Assembly (NCBI GenBank): GCA_964016885.1
Contig: OZ024740.1
Span: 119,474,001 to 119,538,000, forward strand
Direction: 5' to 3'
From: Eledone cirrhosa
Taxonomy: Eukaryota
DNA length: 64,000 nt
Under the pieces are notes generated by a model. That model did no database searches and was not told the DNA's origin. It saw only the letters and a list, made by a program, of their open reading frames with translations. A program made the translations under genes and the position numbers. Shown piece after piece: positions 53,811 to 64,000 of this stretch (the stretch's first letter is position 1; the number at the start of each line of letters is the position of its first letter).

Positions 53811-56640
53811 ACGTGGGAAAGTAAGAAATCGGAGAATAGACGGTTAAAACATGTTTATTTAAAACACCACCTACGTACGTTTCGCCCAGTTGGGCTTCTC
53901 ACGGTCATAAATAATCAAAAGTGTTCCTTACATTGCTCGGAAAGAGTTTTGGGGGTTAAATCCACGTCAAGGTTCATTGCTCGCAAAAATAGCTTGTTTT
54001 GATTTTGCAGCAGGTCAAGGGAGGTAACTCTGGCCGGTGTTAGGGCAGTCTTTCCTGGACAAATTGTTTTTATCCGCTACGAGATGAGGTTACAACCTTA
54101 TTATTGTCGATACCCATGTAATCAACGCTTATTTTAAGAGTTTTTTTGCCGTATCTGTTTTTCTGAGTCGTTTGAGGCTGGGTATGGTATGCAAGGATAG
54201 TTTCCTGGGTGTTAAGACTTGTTGTAGGGAGATCCGGTGCACGATTTCACTCCTCATCCTTAACCCATCTGAAGAAGGATATTTTTAAGCGATGTGTTCA
54301 ACTTATCGCTGTTTCAGCTCTGCTGTTGATGAGCTCGTGGGGTGCAGTTATGATGTGGTAAAGCTCCATGAAGCAAAGATCGCATTTCCTCTTGAAGTTG
54401 TACGTTGCAGCCCTGCCGACAATCTCCCAGTGCGTGGAGAAGCTGATCTTTAAGTCCTTTAGTGATGTGATGTAGTCCGCGAGCGAAGTGGAGTGTCTAA
54501 GTTTTTTATTTGTGAAAGAGTGGAGATGTGTTCGAAACCTAATTTTGAACGGGCCGGAGGTAGCCCCTATATAATGTTTAACGCTATTTTGGCTAGTTAT
54601 AGTGCATCTATGTATAACCCTATCAGTCAAGCAGTATCCTCTAAGGGGGCAGCATTCTCTGTCGCGGCAGTTGCAATTTCTGTCGCGGTTCCATCTATTT
54701 CCCACGGTAAGGCTATCATTGTTGCTGCCTACGTTGTTACCTACGCTACCGCAGCTGTCGTTAGCACCATTACAACCCACAGCACGCGGGGTGGTGCGAT
54801 TGTTATTCCGCACGTCATGTCCTGCATGTTCCCCAGTCATTTCGCGGTTATGCTGGTTGCGTCTGTGGATGCCGTTGCCAACACTATTGGATGCTGGCAG
54901 GGAGTTGTTAAGGCCGATATAGTTATTGTCAGGTGTAGGTGCGTCTGAGTCGAGGTGCTGTGTCTTGGTGATCTTACTGTGGTTCGTTGTTCCTATGATG
55001 TCTGCTAGGTTAGGAATAGTAGAGAAGGATATTTTTATATTGTTCCTATTAAGAATTTTTCTATACCTATGGTTGGGCGGGAAGTTCTTCTCTAAGGCTT
55101 CGAAGAACATCCGGGGTATGTTGGAGGCCACACTCCGAGAGTAGGGGTTGGGACCATAGGACGTTACGGTGGCGATTACGTGTCCTTGTACGTTTGCACG
55201 GGTGGTTCCATCTAGGTGACCGCTCTTATGTGTGTTAATGCGCAGTCGCCCGTTCCGTGCCCCTTTCACTTTATGCTCGGGTGCACTCTTCCTACCGCTT
55301 CCATGTTTATGTACACGAAGATATTGGTTGGAAGGCGTTGGTAGTAGGCCGTCGCCCTTGTTGGTTTTGTAATAGGGGAATAGTTCGAGTAATCTAGTGG
55401 TCAACGTCGCCGGGGTCGTGATCTTTAGTGAGGTTATCTATTCTATTATATCCGACTTCAACGAGGTTGCCGCGTGATCGGTTATAGGTATGGCTTACTA
55501 TAACGTTCGTTTTATGAGGGGGTGGTTTCTAGAGCTAACGTTAGGGATGTAGGAAATTCCTCGGTTAAAGACGGTGCTTATCAAGGCCGTATTGTAGTAA
55601 TCTGCCGCTTGGTTGAAGATATCCTCATTGGCGGATAGTCTCGAGATTCTATGTGAGATACTATAGACTATGGAGTTGAGAGTCTGCTTAGGGTGGTTGG
55701 AGGCATAATTAATATAAGAGAGGCACTCTCCAGGCTTATGGTATGGCTTGTATAAACCCGTACTCAACTCCAGGGTCACGTCCAGGAAGTTGACAACCTC
55801 GTGGTTACGGATAGTTACGGATAGGCCGTATGACTTGAAGAACCTGTGTATATGTTTGTTAAGGTTCTCTATCCTACGGGGGCTATGGTTCCTAACGGTA
55901 AACAGGACGTCGTCCCTATATACACCTACTTGTAGGGCCGGTATCACTTCCCTAAGCTTATGTAGGAGGTATATCCCGACCAGGTCAGTTGCTTGCGCTG
56001 AGTCACTGGATCCCACGTGACATCGATGTTATCAGGACGGTTGGTTCTGGTCAAGTGGGAGGCTTCGAACTGGATAATGATTCTACACGCCGCTAGAACT
56101 ATGTCTATTTCTTTTTAAGTGAGGCTAGTGTTAGATTTCGCTATAAGTGCCTTATTTAATAGTATGGGGGAGATAGAGGCGTAGTAACTATCTATGTCAA
56201 ACTGGATGAACTTCAGGCTGGCTTTATCCGGCAACTCGGTGAACCAATTTATGACCTGGTCGTTGTTGCCCCAGAGGCAGACCTTAGCCTTTCTATTCAG
56301 CTCCAGTAGTACTCTGTCGTGGATAACTTTACTAATCTTACCTATATCTGATGTAGAGGGGCATATTAGTCTAATAGAGGGGCTTTCATTAAAGTCATAT
56401 TTGTGATTCTTAAGAGAGAATTTAGGAGTCAGAGGGACGTAAGGGTTAGTGTACTTTTCTATTTCTAAGCTGGTGACTATAGCCTTCCCTACTCTATTTA
56501 TGTCACTTAGGGTACTAGAGGGTGTCTTTTTGTAGTCTTTGTGTAGTTCCTTATAGATGAATTTTTTATACTTACTCGCGTCCATCTTGTACAGCTTTTT
56601 GGTTTTGTCGGAGGTGACGAAGAGGTGTGGGTCATTCTTG
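53811..56640 (-). mobile_element. Naiad-like PLE, 5'-truncated and frameshifted; hammerhead 53869-53905
   Basis: ORFs 56115..56585 (RLICP, FIQFDIDSYY), 55498..56016 (GSSDSA, VYRDD, SNHP), 54298..55404 (CNCR..CPLRGYC, HYIGAT, CDLC). Confidence 0.9.
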
Positions 56641-56648
56641 TATATCTG

Positions 56649-56679
<31 letters not shown>

Positions 56680-56716
56680 GTGTATGTATATATATATGTA
56701 TATATATATATATATG

Positions 56717-58210
56717 TACGTGGGAAAGTAAAAAAATCTGAGAGTAGACCGTTAAAACATGTTTATTTAAAATATCACCTACGTACGTTTCGCCCAGTTG
56801 GGCTTCTCAATAGTTCGGAAAGAGTTTTGGGGGTTAAATCTACATCAAGATTCATTGCTCGCAAAAATATCTTGTTTTGATTTTGCAGCAGGTCAAGGGA
56901 GGTAACTCTGGCCGGTGTTAGGGCAGTCTTACCCGGATAATTTTTCTTCTTTTTTTTTTTTGCCGCATCCGTTTGTCCGAGGCTGGGTCTGGTATGCAAG
57001 GATTGTTTTCTGGGTGTTATTTTGCTGCGCCTGCCCGCCGGGGTGTTAAGACTTGTTGCAGGGAGATCCAGTGTACTATTTCATTCTTCATTCTTAACCC
57101 ATCTAAAGAAGGATATTTTTAAGCGATGTGTTCAACTTATCGCTGTTTCAGCTCTGCTGTTGATGAGCTCGTGGAGTGCAGTTATGATGTGGTAGAGCTC
57201 CATGAGGCAAAGATCGCATTTCCTCTTGAAGTTGTACGGTGTAGCCCTGCCGACAATCTCCCAGTGCGTGGAGAAGCTGATGTTTAAGTCCTTTAGTGAT
57301 GTGATGTAGTCCGCGAGCGAAGTGGAGTGCCTTAGTTTTCTATTTGTGAAAGAGTGGAGATGTGTTCGAAACCTAATTTTGAACGGGCTGGAGGTGGCCC
57401 CTATATAATGTTTAACGCTATTGTGGCTAGTAATAGTGCATCTATATATAACCCTATCAGTCAAGCAGTATCCTCTAAGGGGGCATCGTCCTCTGTCGCG
57501 GCGGTTGCAATTTCTATTGGATGCTGTCAGGGAGTTGTTAAGGCCGATATAGTTATTGTCAGGTGTAGGTGCGTCTGTGTCGAAGTGCTGTGTCTTGGTG
57601 ATCTTACTGTGGTTCGTTGTTCCTATGATGTCTGCTAGGTTAGGAGTAGTAGAGAAGGATATTTTTATATTGTTCCTATTAAGAATTTTTCTATACCTAT
57701 GGTTGGGTGGGAAGTTCTTCTCTAAGGCTTCGAAGAATATCCGGGGTATGTTGGAGGCCACACTTCGAGAGTAGGGGGGTGGAACCATAGGACGTTACGG
57801 TGGCGATTACGTGTCCTTGTACTTTTGCTACGGGTGGTTCCATCTAAGTGACCGCTCTTATGTGTGTTAATGCGCTGTCGCCCGTTCGGTGCCCCTTTCA
57901 CTTTATGCTCGGGTGCACTCTTTCTACCTCTTCCATGTTTATGTACACGAAGATGTTGGTTGGAAGGCGTTGGTAGTAGGCCGTCGCCTTTGTTGGTTTT
58001 GTAATAGGGGAATAGTTTGAGTAATCTACAGTATTCACCGTCGCCGGGGACGTGATCTTTGGTGCGGTTATCTATTCTATTATATACGACTTTAACGAGG
58101 TCGCCGCGTGATCGGTTATAGGTATGGCTTACTATAACGTTAGTTTTATGAGGGGGGGGGTTCTAGAGCTAGCGTTAGGGATGTAGGAAATTCATCGGTT
58201 AAAACCGTAA
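56717..58210 (-). mobile_element. second tandem copy of the same Naiad-like PLE (3' part); hammerhead 56777-56812
   Basis: ORF 57132..57788 near-identical to 54298..55404 minus an internal block; TTGAGAA-gccc/gggc-GAAAC-gtac-GTA. Confidence 0.9.
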
Positions 58211-58215
58211 AAATG

Positions 58216-58248
<33 letters not shown>

Positions 58249-58273
58249 GTGTATGTATATATATATATGTATG

Positions 58274-58326
<53 letters not shown>

Positions 58327-58341
58327 GTGTGTGTGTGTATG

Positions 58342-58372
<31 letters not shown>

Positions 58373-58417
58373 AAGTTAAATAAAAAGTCAAATGTTTAAA
58401 ATTTAGCTTCGTTTATT

Positions 58418-58472
58418 ACTGCTATATATATTTCAATGACAGCCATCTTTGGCTGTGACCTCTTTAGGCAGT
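58418..58472 (-). ncRNA. hammerhead with one core substitution (CTAAAGA)
   Basis: actgc-CTAAAGA-..acagcca/tggctgt..-GAAA-tatat-ATA-gcagt. Confidence 0.65.
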
Positions 58473-59245
58473 TTGAATTAGTGTGGTATATACAAGTACA
58501 TTTGTTGTTGAGGTGTATAATTTTGTCAATACTCTGATATGCCCAGTTCCTGGTTGGGTTGTTATTTCACTGAGGAACTAGAATCATATGAATTCAAACA
58601 AACGAATTTCAGTGTCAAAGGGCCTCTTCTCCTCTCATTGGTCAGTTATTAGAACATTCCTCATTCTAGGTGTTGTTATTGTTGGAGTTAGCTTAACAAA
58701 TTTATAAAGTGGTAGAAGTGACAAGGTGTTAAAGGAACAATATAACAAAAATAGTTTCAAACTTCCCATTGGTCAGTTCTGAGAGCATTCCTCAGTCAGA
58801 AGTCTATAGAATTATTTCTGGGGTGAGGCTCCCTGCAGACTGAGGTGTTGGTATACAACCAACATATACTCAATATAGGTCCATTTTTATAAATATATCG
58901 AGATTGATACTTTCCTTTATTTATTACACTCCCTTACCTCTTTTACTTCCGCATATAAGTGTACGTGTGTGTAGGTGTGTTTATGATGTATCTATTCTGT
59001 CTGTAGTTTACAGATACACAGATACATTTGCCCTATATTATATATTTACGCACACCTTTTCACTATACGTATACATTTGTGCATACACATATATGCACAT
59101 CTGTGAGCGTATATACATACATATACACACACCTAACTATATTTCTTGAAAGATTTTTATATATTTCATATTCTAATTCATGTGTCTATATTTTTTTTTT
59201 GCTTTTCTTGATGAGACTTTCCAAGTATTTACCCATGTTTTTTAT

Positions 59246-59323
59246 ATTGCCTCGTCTGACGAACGAATGAAGACGTTTCTTTCGTATTCGCCTCATTCGA
59301 GAAACCTCTGGTAATGAGGTAAT
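59246..59323 (+). ncRNA. type I hammerhead with 10-bp stem I
   Basis: attgcctcgt-CTGACGA-a-cgaatga..tcattcg-a-GAAAC-ctctg-GTA-atgaggtaat. Confidence 0.85.
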
Positions 59324-59407
59324 TATATTGTATTGATTTTTATACATTATATATATATGTATATATATATATGTATATATATATATATGTATATATATAT
59401 ATAAATT

Positions 59408-59516
<109 letters not shown>

Positions 59517-59517
59517 G

Positions 59518-59617
<100 letters not shown>

Positions 59618-59630
59618 AATATATATATGT

Positions 59631-59829
59631 ATTAGAAAGTGAGGTTTTTTTTTTACAAAATGAAAAATAACCGAGGAGTCCTACACGAGTGAAAGTATAA
59701 AGAAAAAGAGATGAAATCGAAAATGCAACTGGAGTGTTATTTTTTTTTAAATATATATATTTATTTTGTTCCTTTACCGGTTTCGCAGTTCTTCTGCTTT
59801 TCAAAAGGTGAGTTCAGATGGAGGGTCTA
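59631..59829 (-). mobile_element. single-arm copy of the 15231 family; hammerhead 59771-59808
   Basis: cctt-TTGAAAA-gcag/ctgc-GAAAC-cg-GTA-aagg. Confidence 0.82.
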
Positions 59830-60900
<1,071 letters not shown>

Positions 60901-61034
60901 TTGTGTACAACATGCTGAATACACCCTTTCAGTATTGACTGTTTACATCTTAGTCGAAACACAATTTTGAAAGAGATGGTATCACCTTTGTTTTATCCAA
61001 TAGTTCTTCACTTTCATTATTTCATCACTAGCAT

Positions 61035-61228
61035 GGTGGGTGGTGGATTGCCAGTATCGGTGGAGGGTCGGACGCCATGCTTTCCAGCATAGTTACGTCC
61101 CTTTACGATCTGAGTTCAAATCCCGCCGATGTTGACTTTGCTTTTCATCTTATATATATATTTTATAAAATAAAAGTACCAGTAATGCACTAGGTAATTG
61201 CTGGCCTTGTGCCTAAAGTAGAAACAAG
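61035..61228 (+). mobile_element. tRNA-derived SINE
   Basis: B box gagttcaaatcc ~61112; gactttgcttttcatc; 3' gctggccttgtgcctaaagtagaaac. Confidence 0.65.
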
Positions 61229-61506
61229 TATTTCATGACTAGCATATGCAAATGGAAAACTGCATATTATTTCATGATTAGTGTATGCAAATGGATTATT
61301 GCGTATTTACTCAGGCCAAGGCAAACAAGTTGAATATTATATATTTAAGGCATCCCTTTCAAAACAAAATAAAAAAGCAATGTTAAAGATTTTTAAATAC
61401 CATAACTAACTTATTATGTCATTCCAAAATTTCAATATCCTTCTTATAATTTACACACATCCTTATCGATCCCTCTTTGGATTTTAGTATTCACATTTAT
61501 TATCAT

Positions 61507-61567
<61 letters not shown>

Positions 61568-61574
61568 TATATAG

Positions 61575-63588
61575 GAGGAGGTTATAGTTCACTTGAAGCA
61601 TTGTGTAATGAGGTATAAACGTTTGAATATGTATAATAAAGCCAAAACAATGCAGGTATGGACATAGAAAAAAGAATGCAATTGCAAAAGATATTGTTGA
61701 CAATTCGTCGTTTACCTTAGATTTATTTAAATGTCCTTAATTTTCGAGATAATATCTCTTCTTCAGAGGGAAATAAAGGTCTCAGACCAGCGTTCTAAAT
61801 AGCTTGCCAAGCCATGCTGACAGGAAATGGGATAGAGTATCTGTACTATCTCTAATGTCAAAGAGTTAAAATTAGGTGGAAAAAGAGTAGTCTCCCTTTA
61901 AAAGGGGTTTGTTTTTGGTTTATTTTTTTATATTCATGCCTGTTTAAGTGTGTGGGAGAATGCATGAAGGTGTAAGTATGTGAGTGTGTGTGTGTGTGAG
62001 TGTGAGAAGATAAGTCTATTCGTAAATGTGGGGGATAGGTGTTATCTGGTATTAGAACTGGTTTTGTGTGTGTATGTGTGAGAGAGAATAAGTGGAGGTG
62101 TAAGCGTGTGTGTGTGTGCGTGTGGGGTGTGTGTAAATATGGGGCTAGAAGCTCTATCAGGTTATAAATTGGGAGTTGAGTTCTAGACTATTATTGATTG
62201 ATGGTTGTGTTTTATCTATAATTAGTGCTTCCTTAATTCTAAGATTGCCGAGGTTTCTTTCCTTAGTTTCTATCCTAACTGTTATGGTTTTGTCGGTGCT
62301 TTTGCATTTAACTAGGTGTTTCTTAAATGAAGAAGCGTTAGTATTGAGGTGTTCTTTTATTCTTATGTGGAGTGGTCTGGTGGTGCTACCTACGTAGAAG
62401 TTGTTGCATTTGTCACACTCTAGTCTGTATACGACGTAAGCCTGGTGGCATAGGTCTGTGTCGTTGATGGGGCAGTTGGCTTGTATGCAGCAGTTGTCAT
62501 GTCTGGTGGAGTGTCTTTTGGTTAGCTGTCGGCGTAGAGAAGGACCTGAGTGGGCCAGTTGGATATCTAGTCCCTCTCGTCTGATAGCTCTGCAGATGGC
62601 TGTTGTTTCTTCACTGAAGTGTGGGAGCTTCAGGAAGCAAGTGTTAGTGCCTCGGGTGTGGTGTCCTCTGTTCTTTCTGGCACGGTTTGTGGTGGATGTC
62701 GTGTATCCGTTCAGTTTGAGTACTTCCAGGAAATGTGTGGTGTGTGTGTCTCGGTCTCTAGCGTCGTTGCATTTGTTCCGGATACGTGCCAGTTCGTTCC
62801 TTATGTATCCGAACTTGGCACCGAGTGGGAGGGCCGATCTGAAATGTACGAACAGGTCCTTGCTGGCGGCTTTTTTATAGAAGCAGGTGTGGATGTTGCC
62901 TTCCTCTGTAACCCTGAGTTGGAAGTCCAGTAGGGATAGAGATCCGCGGTCATCGGGGTGTTCCATGCTGAACTTTATACTGGCGTCCATGCTGGAGAAT
63001 GTTGTGTATATTTTATCTGCCTCCTCACGGGATGATGTAAGGATGAGTATGTCATCTACATATCGGGTGAAGAAAGCATGGGAATGGCAGGTGTTGAGGG
63101 CTAGGCATTCTATCTGGTTCATGTAGGTGATGGCCAGCAGGCCTGATAGGCTGGATCCCAAGGGTAATCCTGTTGTCTGTCTGCATGTGTGGTGGTGGAA
63201 GGTGAAGTACGTGTTGTCTACTGTGAAGGACAAAAGCTGGTGTATGTCCTTCGGGTGGAGGCCGTAGCAGTGGATGTCCTCTGCGACCATGCAGTCCGTC
63301 AATAAATCGACAGCTGGATGAGCGGGGACTGTAGTGTAGAGGGAGACAACGTCGAGGCTAAAAGCGTATTTATTTAGTTTAAGTAGTTCTGGCTGGAGTT
63401 GGTGTAGTCTACGTATAACTTCGTCGGAGCTACGTATAACTTCGTCGAAGAAGAGATATTATCTCGAAAATTAAGGACATTTAAATAAATCTAAGGTAAA
63501 AGACGTAATTGTAAGGTAAAAGAGGTAATTGCATTCTTTTTCTATGTCCATACCTGCATTGTTTTGGCTTTATTATACATATTCAAAC

Positions 63589-63595
<7 letters not shown>
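61575..63595 (-). mobile_element. 5'-truncated Penelope/Poseidon-like PLE with inverted pLTR; hammerhead 61735-61769
   Basis: 63447-63595 is the reverse complement of ~61610-61764; cct-CTGAAGA-a-gagat/atctc-GAAA-a-TTA-agg. Confidence 0.9.
62157..63302 (-). CDS. PLE reverse transcriptase (partial) + GIY-YIG endonuclease
   Basis: QTTGLPLGSSLS, TRYVDD, LSLLD, VVYRLECDKC..YVGSTTR..RIKEH, IKEA. Confidence 0.9.
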   Translation of the reverse strand: MTDCMVAEDIHCYGLHPKDIHQLLSFTVDNTYFTFHHHTCRQTTGLPLGSSLSGLLAITYMNQIECLALNTCHSHAFFTRYVDDILILTSSREEADKIYTTFSSMDASIKFSMEHPDDRGSLSLLDFQLRVTEEGNIHTCFYKKAASKDLFVHFRSALPLGAKFGYIRNELARIRNKCNDARDRDTHTTHFLEVLKLNGYTTSTTNRARKNRGHHTRGTNTCFLKLPHFSEETTAICRAIRREGLDIQLAHSGPSLRRQLTKRHSTRHDNCCIQANCPINDTDLCHQAYVVYRLECDKCNNFYVGSTTRPLHIRIKEHLNTNASSFKKHLVKCKSTDKTITVRIETKERNLGNLRIKEALIIDKTQPSINNSLELNSQFIT

Positions 63596-63665
<70 letters not shown>

Positions 63666-64000
63666 AGAATTATACTAAAATAAATTTATTTCAGTCATAT
63701 TATAATTAGTAGAACTTCATTTTTTCAAAACAGTGTAAACATGTACAGTATATTAAAAGTATGTGTTGCAAACAAAATATACATTTTAAAACAAAAACAT
63801 TTCACATACAAATTCATGCTTATACCATGGTTTCAATAGATATTAATTAAGATAATTAATAAATAAAGACCCCATAAACAACCCCATCAGTAAGTAATGT
63901 CTTAAAACATTCCTTATCGCCTTTACCATAAAATTCAAGTGTAATACTTTGTGTTGTTAGATGTCTTGACAGCAAAATCCGTCTCCCACCGAAAAGATTC

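Noticed and set aside
54493-54948. Antisense ORFs over PLE/LINE coding regions (also 19663-20277, 35487-36140, 62458-62880)
   Set aside because: Shadow frames of retroelement ORFs

Overview
Repeat-saturated, AT-rich animal genomic DNA, most consistent with a cephalopod (Octopus-like SINE and RTE 3' motifs, very long (TA)n tracts; this assignment is inference). No host gene could be supported. The window is a nested pile of retroelements: two R4/Dong-type copies in (TAA)n, RTE and CR1-group LINEs, SINEs, a Helitron-like relic, one non-autonomous LTR element, and Penelope-like elements (PLEs) of several lineages. Reading both strands by eye, I find roughly 30 type I hammerhead ribozyme (HHR) motif copies, intact or decayed, in about 18 unrelated sequence families, almost all beside (TA)n. 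Many sit in short non-coding fold-back palindromes. Two sit in non-coding head-to-tail monomers (2391 bp and 843 bp, one HHR per unit) that look like large retrozymes. Three families carry a compensatory U3-A8 catalytic core. Several inversion or truncation points fall within a few nucleotides of the HHR 5' edge. HHR pairings were traced by hand, not computed, and boundaries of decayed elements are approximate.
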